Positions 1 to 11,334 of a DNA stretch of 64,000 nt are shown here, piece after piece. Within the stretch, counting starts at the first letter, position 1. Every line of letters starts with the position of its first letter. This DNA is from Schizochytrium sp. TIO01. Taxonomy: Eukaryota > Protista > Bigyra: Labyrinthulomycetes. The notes beneath the pieces were generated by a model, which made no database searches, was not told the DNA's origin, and saw only the letters and a program-made list of their open reading frames with translations. The DNA lies in NCBI GenBank assembly GCA_004764695.1, contig SMSO01000036.1:1054001-1118000 (forward strand). Direction: 5' to 3'. The translations under genes and the position numbers were made by a program.

Positions 1-283
1 GGTGCCATATTTTCACAGCACGCTGTGTCTGTTTAAGGACTCCGGCCACCACAAAGGTTTCACCCTCGAGCACCACCACATCAATATGCATTGGAGTATT
101 TTGGTAGGCAAGCTCAAAATCACCGAGCATCTTGCGTCTATACTTAGGCAGTTCACCACCCCCATTATCTAAAACTTCTGCCATCCAGACTTCGCCACGC
201 AACCCCACTACTGCAAACCGACCTTGGCCATCGCACACAAGGTTGGGCAGCCGCCCATGGTCCCGCATCATGTCCGCAGCCAT
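1..283 (-). CDS. Hypothetical protein, 5' part only (runs off the left edge)
   Basis: Manual translation from ATG 283 gives 94 open codons to the edge: MAADMMRDHGRLPNLVCDGQGRFAVVGLRGEVWMAEVLDNGGGELPKYRRKMLGDFELAYQNTPMHIDVVVLEGETFVVAGVLKQTQRAVKIWH. It is beta-strand-rich and VKIW is WD40-like. Absent from the ORF track. Confidence 0.5.
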   Translation of the reverse strand, partial: MAADMMRDHGRLPNLVCDGQGRFAVVGLRGEVWMAEVLDNGGGELPKYRRKMLGDFELAYQNTPMHIDVVVLEGETFVVAGVLKQTQRAVKIWH

Positions 284-831
284 ATTGCCAGCCAAACTCA
301 GACTTTCGCAAAAGCTTTTCCTGTCAAAGGCCAAATCCTCCTAGGTCTGTAAGTCCCAATTGCTATTGTGCAAACAGTTTGCACTGCGCAAACGGGACTC
401 GGCTTGGAGGCCTGCGACGCCAAGTTCGTGCGATCTCAACAACTGTAAAAGAAAAAAGAAAGTGCTTGAAAATAGTTAGAGAAGTAACTAACTAACTTTA
501 TTAAACTCCTACCAATGCTAAGTCTAACTACCGGCAAAAGAGCGACCTGTGTAAGGGTCGCTAACAGGTCGATCTATGGGAGAATGAAGGATTTTCATGT
601 TTTTACTAATCCTTGAATTGGTTTAGAGTGAGATTTTGCCGATACTGAATGAATATATGCGCAAGGGAAATTATGTTCTCGTGGCATCTTTTATCTCGCT
701 TTTCAAATCTTTCAATAGAATTTTTCAATAATATGAAGGAAAGGACGAAATCTGGAGACGGCGCAATTTGCGAGGGTAAATCCGTTTATTTGTTCCAACA
801 TGGAAATGATTTGTTTACAGAAAGACTAAGG

Positions 832-2071
832 TTACATGGGAAAACTTGTTGGGTACTGACAACCAATTTTGGACGATTTAGTGAGGAACCGGCCATCGTA
901 GACTCTGTCAAAACCTCGCACATTAATTTCGTCGCCTCTCAGACGACCTTCAACATCAACTACATCAACCAGGTCGTTCAGGACATCGTACTTGAGCGCG
1001 TGGTCCTCACGATTAGACTTGGTAAGACTCGGAGATGCATTAACTTCAATGAGCCAGGGCTTAAGGTCTTGGTCGAAGAGGACGTCAAAGCCATAAAGCT
1101 CAAAGCTGTGCTTGTCTTGGATGATGGCTTGTTGCACAGAAATCAGTGAGCGAACCATCATATCTTGAATATCTGCAAAAAGCTTGTCGGTTTTTTCGCG
1201 CCCAAAATTCATGGTCAGATACACGCGAAGGTCATGCACATGCCATTTCATGCCTTGTTCCGCATCATAATTCTCAGCAGTCTTTTGAATTGAATGATTG
1301 GTGAGATGTACAAATGAGTTTGTCAGATCGTCAACTGCTGCAGAGTATCGGGCACCTGAAAACCGTGCAAAGCCTGCCCGATGAATCCAAGCCTGAAGTG
1401 GGGAGTAAGATGTAACAAGGCAGTACAAACGCAAATCAAATTTCTTGCCTCCGACTGTGAAAGGACGCTCAACGTATCGCTGAGCCACATATGTTTCGGC
1501 CTGTGGAGCATCAGCCTTCCACTTATGATCCTTTTTCCAGTCACTCACCTGGGACAGCTTATTAAATAAAAAGATTCCGCGACCTTGTGCTTTACCAATG
1601 GGCTTCATAATCCATGTTGCACCGGAGCTACGCTTAAACTCCTCCAAGAATAGGCTGTATTCCTGCGGCAATACATAAGTACTTGGAAAGAAGTTATACT
1701 CAGCAGCTTCTGTGTGTTGTTCACTTTTTTCAAGTTGGCGTTTCATACGTTTAAGATTTTTCACCAAGAGATCCTTGCGGGTCAACTCATAGTGGTTGCG
1801 AAAGTGGTTCACACGTTGACGGTCATCAAACTGGAATGTGATCATAAAAATCGCGAACCCAGCCAATATCGCACCAATTGAAGTCCCAATCAGTGTCGCT
1901 ATCAGTTTGTTCCCAGCCGGGTCGATTTTTCAGAACATCTAGCACAACGTTGTGAAAGCTCGTTCGAAACAATACTGCTGCTTCGCCGGGTCCTGCCAAC
2001 ACTTCGGGTTCGTACTCCGTACGGCTCCTGCCATTCGCAAGGCTCGAAGAGCTGCTGCTTCGCCGAGGCAT
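832..2071 (-). CDS. TTLL9: Tubulin polyglutamylase TTLL9-like, interrupted by a 1-nt frameshift at ~1833
   Basis: TTL motifs NHFRNHYELTRKD, WIMKP..AQGRGIFL, KKFDLRLY, HLTN, FELYGFD and WLIEVNASPS in ORF 832-1866. The N-terminus (FRTSFHNVVLDVL..PGWEQ..WDFNWCD) lies in overlapping ORF 1826-2092, first ATG at 2071. Confidence 0.88.
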
Positions 2072-5000
2072 CTCGTCGCCAAGTGAAGCCAAAACTTATG
2101 AAACTCTTTCTCAGCGAAGCAAATCCTTCTCTACCAAACTCAGTCCCAGACCTCGTAGTCAAGAAGACCCTCTTCTGCGGCTTTCCAGGGTTATCGTTCT
2201 TCTCCGTGCAGAATGTTACCTTCCTTGAATGTGCTTTTTCATCCCAACATAGTAGAAAACGAGACGTTGAACCATCTCAAAATCCGGCGCCAAATCGCGC
2301 CGCACTAACTCCTTGCATCCCAACTTGACACTAAGAAAATATCAAGCTCATAGCCTTGATCGGGCTGATGAAAATCTACGAATATATACCGTATCCCAGC
2401 ACTTCGAGAGTCCAAAGTCCAGCTCTCGGCCCCTGCAGGTCATGCTTGCCCAAGGTTTGCAAGCGTTATGCCACATGTCTTTGTATTTGATGTTTCATAG
2501 TCCTCTTTTTAGCCCCTTTCCGTCTCTTTCACACCGCGCCATCTGTGCTTATAATTTAATTATTACATATTCTGTTAACGAATGCGAATGAACGAACGAA
2601 ATTGAAAAAAGAAAAGAAAGTTGATATTCAGAGAGACAAAACTTCTTTATCGCTTTCCCTCATTAAACTCACCTTTGGTGGACTCCTTGTAAACCTTATC
2701 TTGGGAGCGCTTGGGCGGAGAAGCCCAGTAGACGTCCCCTGCACCTCGGGAAAGCTGTGCTTGAGACGAATATTGAAGGGGCTCACGTTGTGCTGTGGAA
2801 AATACTTTCGTGCGCTGCGGCAGGCGATAATATTGTCGTGATGATGCTGCAGACCATGGAAAGCCAGCCATCCGGCAGCTCACGGTCGCCAACTTTGAGA
2901 TAGAATCCCCTACTCTGCGCGACGAAGACTCGAGGAGAGCCAAGGAGTTCCCCATCTCTCTAATTTGGCACCGATGGAATCTTATAGCAGTTTATTTATC
3001 CATGAAGCGTATACCTCGCAAGTAAAATAGTATGAACTCATCTAGACATGACATGTGTATCAAATACACAACACATAGAGCGAGGGTTGTCTACAAAACG
3101 AAAGAATATTCCTTGGCAACGGCTTGCTTCGAAACAACCTAAAAGTTTTGAGCGCGAATTAAAATAGCTTACGACACCAGAAAGGACTATGGATATCATT
3201 TCCCCTCAAAACCTATCAATCAATTACATTCACCTTGGACGCGAGGGCAACTACGATACGAGAGGAATTCATTGGAGGCAGCTCGTTTTAATATATATCT
3301 GAATATACACAAACAACTTATTTGGACATTTAATCTACAGAATGAATGTCTTAGCCGGCAATTTGAGCTAAAGAATATAAAATTCACATCAAACTCTGAG
3401 GTGCCTTCTACAGATTCGAAATGGGCACCTTAGCCTGCAGCTTGCGCTAGCGTGAATTAAATTCGAATTTACTCGACATAAATCATCTATGATACAAAAA
3501 GAGTATTCTAGCCAACGATTTATGTTGAGCAAATGAAGCGCATAGCTTATCTGGCAAAACCATCAGTGAAATGAAACGAGCTTCTTCGTGACGATTCACG
3601 GTGGAGTGGCAGTTTCATTAAGTGAGAACTTGCTCTATTACAAAGGGCCATTGAGAGGCAAGAGGTTGAGTGTCGGCGGACACCGCGGCGAGGATGCAGG
3701 AAACGCTTGCAGACTCGTTGCCTCATTTTGGGGTCGACTCAGACGAGCTGGTTGGCCACGACGGCATGTCCCCATCGTCCAGTAGTGTCCTCATTACCGC
3801 AGGGTCGTTTAACCGATCATGTTTTTCTCTATCTCACTAAATTTCGGTTGTATATTGCGAGCAGAGCTTGGCTTATCTTAGGTGTCGAATTGCGCTGTAA
3901 AACCGCTGCGCTTAAGATCTCTCTTGATGTGTCGCCTCCCGAGCACAACCTGCATGGCCTGCATGGCCTGCTTGGCGGAGCCATTGGAGGCCTGAGGGCC
4001 GAGAGAGCTGTGCAAGGTCTGAGCAAGACGTGAGCAAGGTCTGGGCAGGCCTCGGGCAAGGCTCAGACGCTTCAGCTCATGCCCATACCGTCTCTCTGAG
4101 CTGTACGACGTCGGCGAGGACAAGAAATACGGGATAGTTCGTTGAGCAGATTAGTAGTTGAAGGGCAAACCGTTTCACAATCTGTTTTTAATACTTACTT
4201 GACAGTGCTAAATTTGCCAACTGCCCTTGTGCCCTTAGACGACTTCTCTTAGCTTTCACTGGGCCGATCAGGCGAGTCGTTCTTAGCTTCTTTACTATTT
4301 CTTTCTACTCAGAGCTGGGCTACCCCCTCCCCGCAAGAAAATGGGACTAGCCCAACAATTGTAACGAGTTTCGTCTGATGACCTCTCGATATGCTCAGAC
4401 ATGTGCAGATGTTGACTACCATTCCTGTCTACGGCTTGAGCAGCTTGAAAGACTGTTTGAAAGCTAGCTTAAAATGGCGGTTTGAAAGACATTTTGTTGA
4501 GTAACCGCAAGAAGCTAGAACTTTCTCTTCGCTAACAAAGAGAAGTACAATACATACCTTATTCGTGTAGAACTTTTGGCGGTTTCCTAGTGAGAATCTC
4601 GTAAATCTTAAGATAAATTAGTAAATATATAATTAAAGGATTGCTGCTCTGTACGTTGGCGCCTCAAGGTCAGCAAACCCCTTTCACAAAAACCTGAAGA
4701 CCAGAAGCAACACAACAGCGCAAGCTCTACATGCAGTTGAGCGTGGGCTTTGTGAACGAGACGCAAGACATCGCGAGGAGTGCACGATGTCAAGGGAAGA
4801 TGATGACATTTGCTGTATTTCGGTGCGGTTGAGCGACAAGATGTCTCGTAGCGAGACCACTTTCATACTGCTTTTTGGAGTAAATAAGGCTGACAGTCCT
4901 TGTAAACTTTATTTCGGTAATGTTTGGATATGAGAATAGCTATAAGAATAGTATACTCAAGAGTTATACTGTTGCTGGGCTCAAAAGGAGTCTACGTCTG

Positions 5001-5276
5001 CTTAGTTGCCTGTTTGTGTTGAGTTTTTAGACTCCAGGAAGGGCGGAGGGACACTTATTGCGTACTTTTTCAAGTTAGGTGGATGACAAACTTTTAGTTT
5101 TGTCTCTCGCAAAGGGTTGCATGGGCTGTAAGGGCTAATATGAATGTCTAGAGCTCAAGAATGTGGCTTAACGAGCACACGACTATGGTAAAGTAAAGTG
5201 CAGAGTGATCTCAACGACACTAATGAATGAAAGAGGGTATCTTGAACTTTAAGGAAGCGAGAAGGAAAATTAAAAT

Positions 5277-7324
5277 GTAAGTTCGAGTAAGAATAAATTA
5301 AAAAAGTACTTGGTAGGGACTAACACCACGATGTTTTATATAAATATCAGATTCTAGATTATTTAAAATTAGCATTAATATGCAAGCTCCAAGGCTTCGT
5401 AGGTGTAGGTGATTAAAGCTGGTTGTTTGAGTTATCTGGAATTCCGAGGAGAATCAAGAGTAAGCTGCAAAGGTTGTGAGAATCATTTTGACTACTCGAA
5501 CCTTACCAACGCGCATTGTGCCACCCAATTCCACAGAGCCACACAAACTGCCATAGCCGACAAAGCAAACATCTATGCTCCTGCCCAGCTTCCATATTAA
5601 TGTGGATTTTAAAACTAGAAAGTTGAAAGTCGCAGATTCTAGGTTGCTTCGAAATTGACATGCAAACTGAGGAGCAACGTAGATGTAGGTGATTAAAGCT
5701 AGCTATCTGTGTTATCTGGGGTTCACGGAGAATCAAGAGTAAGCTGCAAAGGTTGTGAGAATCATTTTGACTACTCGAACCTTACCAGCGCGCATTGTGC
5801 CACCCAATTCCACAGAGCCACACAAACAGCCATAGCCGACAAAGCAAACATCTGTGCCCCTGCTCAGCTTCCATGTCAATAAGCCGCAACAAAATGAATC
5901 TCGACAACACTTTCAATATAAATACTTCAGTAGTCCTATCCGGGGCCTGACTGAAAAGATAATTAAAAAGACCAACAAATGTTGGAGAAAGTAAGTTGTT
6001 ATCATGAATGCGTAGCTGGCCCTCGCTGGCGATAACGTATTTTCATATTTACTAATATGCAACGAAAGTATGATGAAGTAAATATACAATCTTCACAGGA
6101 CTTGGATGAAATCCAGCAAACAAACCATATCAAACAAGCAAAAGGTACATACTTGGTACTTTCTTAAACATAAGTTAAAGGGAATCCAAGTATTGGGAGA
6201 AGTTGTCAAGACTAAACGTCCAAACACGAACGACCTAAGTCTACTCATGGCACATTTTCTACTACTTGAATTCACCTAACATAAATACAAGCCACAGCGC
6301 AGAAACGTTTTTAAACAACGTAATAAATTACAAACTCGATCAAAAAGTGACGAGAGAAAGTAGGTTCAACAATAGAATCGATGTAACAACCGAAAGCATA
6401 TGAGCGAACGACTGACGTTTCCCTCGGCAACATAAAGACAGAGCCTACAATGTATACCAATGAATTGCCAAGGCGGGCAACGTGTAGCTTGTAGAATATG
6501 TTGGCGAGATTACATCCACTTTACGAATAAAGTAACATTGCAGAACGAATAGTTCGCAAGGCTTTCATTCGCTACAAATTTTAAATCTCGCCAACTTTTA
6601 ATTTATTAAAAAAAAAAAAAAAAAAAAGTAAGTTAAGTGTTAAATGCAAACAAGAAACGATCATAGCACTTACAAACTCCCGCTCCTAACAACACACAGA
6701 TTGAAAATAATACCAGGCAGTCACATAAGTGCGTCTTGTGCTGAGCGAATTATAATTACGCAAACAATGGTTTTGAGAGAAGCTGCAGAGACTTTAAGGT
6801 CAGATTTGATCGATTCTAGTCTAAAGTAGTAGACTTATCAAATCACATTGTCTACTGTAAAAGGTAAGTTACAGCACAAGATAGCACAAGGACGCCAAAA
6901 GACAACATTAGAACAAGCAAGAACAAAACATGAACTCTTATCAAATGAAGAGATATTCATGATTCAAGAAATCTCAAAGTAAGTTGCAATGGAGTTGGAA
7001 GACTACACTAATCACATCAAGTACTAACCTAGATTGACTGAAAAAAATTGATATAGTTGCACCACGATGCAATTCAAGCAAGCAAATTGTCGCAAGTAAT
7101 CAGGTCATGAATTATAAGATTGAGCGAAAGCAACTGTTGAGGAAGGTTGTAACGGTTAATATGAATGATCTGCACTTGAAGCAAAGCTGAGCGCTGTCTT
7201 ACATGATGAATCTAGCAACATAACACATCTGCAAAACACTGCACCATCTTGCAGGTATGCATATTTTGGTAAATGATGCGTAACATTAAGAAGAGAAGGC
7301 ACGTGTCTTCTTTTCTTTTTGAAG
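5277..7324 (+). other. Series of short spliceosomal intron-like units (putative lncRNA or decayed multi-exon gene)
   Basis: GTAAGT...CTAAY...AG units at 5277-5350, 5991-6068, 6628-6699 and 6979-7056, plus GTATGC...polyY-AG at 7255-7324. All are 70-78 nt and on the + strand. Confidence 0.5.
5398..5880. repeat. Diverged ~200-bp direct repeat, 2 copies (5398-5600 and 5678-5880)
   Basis: Near-identical blocks gagaatcaagagtaagctgcaaaggttgtgagaatcattttgactactcgaaccttacca...ccacccaattccacagagccacacaaac...catagccgacaaagcaaacatct at an offset of ~280 nt. Confidence 0.95.
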
Positions 7325-8304
7325 ACTAGTTCCTGTTTTCATAGGCTGGTCTGGTAATGAGGCGAATGAGCTGGAATGGTAATTGTCCCTTTTCATAGTT
7401 TGAGTGTAATGGAGTGCGAGCGTTGGCAACGACATTTACTCTATATTGACAACGTGAGCAATGACCAAGTCAGGTGGTCCAACTAGTTTATTCTGGTGAA
7501 ATGGTAATGTCCCTTACTCCAATCAAACTATGTCTTCTCTTTTTCTTTTTTTTCTTTTTTTAAAAATCTAAATTCCTATATTCAATCTACATAATTTTCA
7601 AACATTCATATTCTTTGAGCCTTCCTTTTTCTTTCTGATCCAGCTTTTTGAGCTTGTCTTACATCATTTAATATGCAGATTGAAGAGCCTTTTTTTATAG
7701 TATTGGATGTGGGATTTACTTAGGGATGATCTCCAAATCTATCAAGATTCAAGGTTGCAAATACAAGTTTTTCAAACGCACAGCTCCAAAACAGCATGCA
7801 TAAGACCGGCTGTTATCCATCCTGGTGGATAATGAAGCTTCAATCAAACCCGTATTTTGCGTGTCCAACTCTTTTTTTCTTTTTTTAAAATAAATATTAT
7901 GAGAAGACGGATAGATTTTCACTTCTCCCAAAATTCTTATTTTCGTCTTGGGCAAAGCCTAGCTCTCATTTGTCTAAATACAGCGAGATTTGCGTTTGTA
8001 TAATTCAGCAGTTGCATCTTTGTAACAAAAAAGCTGCACTTTTGATTGTTAGCTGAGGGCTCTAAGACTAGAGGTTAGCAAAAAAAGCAGCAAAACGTTC
8101 GCATGACCACAGACAAATGGAAACTCAACACACTAAATCTTGCATTTAAACAAAGTAAGCAGTATAGATTTAATAAAAAAAAAAAAAAGAACTAACTTAG
8201 TGCAGTTGCTAGAGTGTAAATCACAACAGCTCTAGGCTTTAACAAAGACATCAGCCTTTACCCCGGAGTAACGAAATTCGGAAGATGCGGTCAACACCAA
8301 AACT

Positions 8305-9327
8305 TCAAACAGAAGCATGAGACAATAGGTCAGCAATTTCCTTCTGAAAATCAAACCATGCAGACCATGCATCCATTTGTGTAGCGAGGTCCGGCTCTTC
8401 GGAGCGATAAAACACAGATTTGGTCTCAACACCCTCGTCATCACGATCGACTCGCATGTGTAATCGAAAACCAGTAGAAGCCAAAAATTCACGACATCCC
8501 GGAACTTCTGCAATATCTAAGCGAAATTGTTGGTTCATTGCATTGATTGTCCGCACCGCCTCGCTCTCTGGATGTGCTACTACACGATCAAATAATGCTC
8601 TGAGGTGTCGCAAAGCTCCTTGCGCACGGCGACGAGCGCCGGCATCTGCACCTCCATAAGTAATCATCTGTTCCAGTGCCTCTTCTACAATATCCATAGT
8701 ACCAGGCTTGCGTTTGGCCATGAAAGCATCAATTGTGGCCTTGTCTTTAGCATACACAATATCTTCCTCTGTTCGCTGGGCGGCAATGACACGATCCGCT
8801 GCCTGTTCCAACCTCTGTTGTTTTGCCTCAGCCTCGGCTTTAGCATCTGCTTCTGCTTGAAGAGCCGCCTCCTCGGCCTCTTGCTGACGATGGGCCTCGT
8901 CAGCCTGAGCTCGAGCCTCAAGTTCGAGCTGTCGTTTACGCTCAGCCTCAAGCTCTCTTGCTTCTTGAGCAGCAGAAGCACCACTAAGTTGTTCGAGTAG
9001 ATTTACAGTAAGCTCTAAAAGCTCTTCTCTTTGTTCAGATACCCCTTGGGCTCGACTTCTGTAGCGGTCTCCGTACTTGAATTCCTTCGAAACAGGGTCT
9101 TTCTCTTGGCTCCGTTTCGCAAACTTCGCAACGGTGTCGGCAAGCGCCCCGGAGAGTTCTTCGTGAGCCTTTTGTACGGCCTTTTCATCGTTTGCTTTTT
9201 CTTCAAGATATTTTTTATCACTGCTTTCCGCAGCAGATAATTTTCGTGCTTCTTGGCGCTCCTCGACGCCGGCAAGCTCAGCGGCAAGCGCTTTCAAGGC
9301 CTTCTCTGTACGGGTCAGCTCCGTCAT
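8305..9327 (-). CDS. PUB domain-containing coiled-coil protein (putative p97/Cdc48 cofactor)
   Basis: 340-aa ORF from ATG 9327. Coiled-coil N-half and a C-terminal LFDRVVAHPESEAVRTINAMNQQF...PGCREFLASTGF that fits the PUB consensus. Confidence 0.8.
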   Translation of the reverse strand: MTELTRTEKALKALAAELAGVEERQEARKLSAAESSDKKYLEEKANDEKAVQKAHEELSGALADTVAKFAKRSQEKDPVSKEFKYGDRYRSRAQGVSEQREELLELTVNLLEQLSGASAAQEARELEAERKRQLELEARAQADEAHRQQEAEEAALQAEADAKAEAEAKQQRLEQAADRVIAAQRTEEDIVYAKDKATIDAFMAKRKPGTMDIVEEALEQMITYGGADAGARRRAQGALRHLRALFDRVVAHPESEAVRTINAMNQQFRLDIAEVPGCREFLASTGFRLHMRVDRDDEGVETKSVFYRSEEPDLATQMDAWSAWFDFQKEIADLLSHASV

Positions 9328-10670
9328 CTTGCGCACTCTCTTGTACGTCAAGCACCGCTACTACTAGTCAAAAGCCTTTCGCTCTAGAACCGAAGGTGCG
9401 CCTCTTTCGCCTTGGCCAGGCTATCTTGGTCGACCAACGCGTGCAGGTCTCCCGTTTGAGGCTTTCTTGAGAATTAATTGATTGAGAATGTGAAAAAGAA
9501 GGATCGCTCCAGATTGGTCCCTTTTGACCTTATTACTACTAATTGCCTATGAGATCATTTTTATATCGTACTGGTGACTTCTACTACTAATGGACAAACC
9601 CTTTCGATGAGTGCGTAGGTGCGTGGCATTTCGTACCTACTAGATGGCCTACTCGGAGCCAATGCGAACATATTCGATGTTCACGGGCTAATTATATCTT
9701 CTTCGTCCAAGGTTAATCTGGTCTCCTCTTGGATTTGCCCTAAACAATATAAGAGATGCTTTAGCTCTCCTTACGAATGGAGGAGGTTTCTGACAGCAAA
9801 CGGACTCAGAAACAGCAGCATTGACGCTTTGTTCGCCTGCTTGGAATATAAAGAATTGCCTCACACTACATCCCATGATATGTATAGTATTCGACTTAAC
9901 CAAAGTTCTTAAAATACCTCGATGACTCCATACATGTTCTTCGACTTGCGAAGCCTTCTTGCTCCGTCTAAACTCTTCGCCACCTGCTCTGAGTTGATGT
10001 GAGCAGACAGAACGAAGGGTTATCCGCACCGAGCCTCCATTCCCGCCTCAGCTCTGCAAGAGTGGGCCTTTGCCAAGCAAGCCCCATTTCTGACCCAGTT
10101 CCCGACTCTACCATCGTTAGCCATCTCGGTTATGCCTCAAACCCACAGAACATCACAGACTTTGCGCCGCACTGTTCACTGTTCATCATACACGCTCACC
10201 TCTTGTGCAAAAAAGGAAAGCAATGATGGCGCAAGCAACCACCACCGTCTCACCGAAGTTTTAATCGAGACCAGGAACACCGCAATGTGTCAAACAATCA
10301 ATTGTGCAATCAATCAATCCATCCAAGCGTGAAGGCAAACCAGATCATGAACCCAGGAAGCGAACCCTCCCACTGCCCACGCACCCGTGTCGGTTGCAAT
10401 TCCTATCCTGAGGAACCGTTGAACCAAAGGCAACGGACTCAGTCCACGCCTCTGAAGTCGTGTCGCTTGTCTCTCCAAACCGTCTCGACATGTTTCGGTG
10501 CCGGCGCTGTGCTTCCTCTCGCACGGGCACATCCTTTCTTTTCTACTCCGGCGACTCCTCGGCCGACTGACCTCGAGTCCTGGCATCTGTCATGAGCATG
10601 GCCACCCTTCTTGGACCTGGAGTTCCTGAGATGAAAGGAAACTGAGAAGAAGTTCGAGGGACCGGTATGT

Positions 10671-10705
10671 ATTGCATTGCATTGCATTGCATTGCACTGC
10701 ATTGC
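10671..10705. repeat. (ATTGC)n microsatellite
   Basis: attgcattgcattgcattgcattgcactgcattgc read directly. Confidence 0.9.
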
Positions 10706-11025
10706 CTTCCCAGTCCGCTCCCTGTTAGAACTCGGAGAAGGTGCAGGAACCCTCACGACCAACTTGCGAGTAGACCGACCGACCGCCGCGATCGTGTCGA
10801 ACTCGGGGCCCTCTGCAGCCTCGGGGTGAAGCAGTCCGCTCAAGATCAAGCAAGAACCTGACCTTTGCCCGCTCATCGATCGAGTTTGCAGAAGGTCAAG
10901 TGCAATCAACTTGAAATCCGGAGACACGAGCGTAGCTAACCTTAGTTGGGCTCCTAAAGAGGGGCTAGTGGAAACAGTAGGGCCTGCCTTCCAAAACGAG
11001 GCGAAATGAGCGAATGAAATGAAAA

Positions 11026-11083
11026 GAAATGAGATGAAATGAGATGAAATGAGATGAAATGAGATGAAATGAGATGAAATGAA
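11026..11083. repeat. (GAAATGAGAT)n minisatellite upstream of the carrier gene
   Basis: About 5.5 perfect 10-bp units. Confidence 0.92.
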
Positions 11084-11334
11084 TTCTTTTTAAAAGGTGA
11101 ATAGAATAGATGGATTAAAAAATTAGTTTCGCTTGTGATTATAATTGTAATGAATTGTGAGTGAGTGGGACCGCAAATTGCATTGTTTTCTGACGCTCGG
11201 GACCAGCATACGAAGAACTGCAGGTGGAGAACTACTGCAGGCTACACGCATTGAAGCAAATCCTGAAGCTGGGAACTCTTGGTTGTCCTTTGGTTGGAAA
11301 CACTTGCGGTAGCGGAAAGCAGGACTCGGCAGAG

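Noticed and set aside
2647-2955. 102-aa ORF MGNSLA... (possible myristoylation start)
   Set aside because: No recognisable domain or codon bias, and the length is compatible with chance.
6760-6980. Stop-codon reassignment (TAR=Gln) suggested by in-frame TAG TAG
   Set aside because: Bona fide genes in the window end in TAA or TAG, and AT-rich decay explains it.
6070-7210. ATGATGA C-box-like motifs at 6070 and 7203 (snoRNA?)
   Set aside because: No suitably spaced CTGA D-box or terminal stem found by eye.
9619-10930. Cluster of overlapping 60-160-aa ORFs
   Set aside because: GC-rich intergenic DNA between divergent genes. One ORF translates a microsatellite (AMQCN repeats) and none has family motifs.
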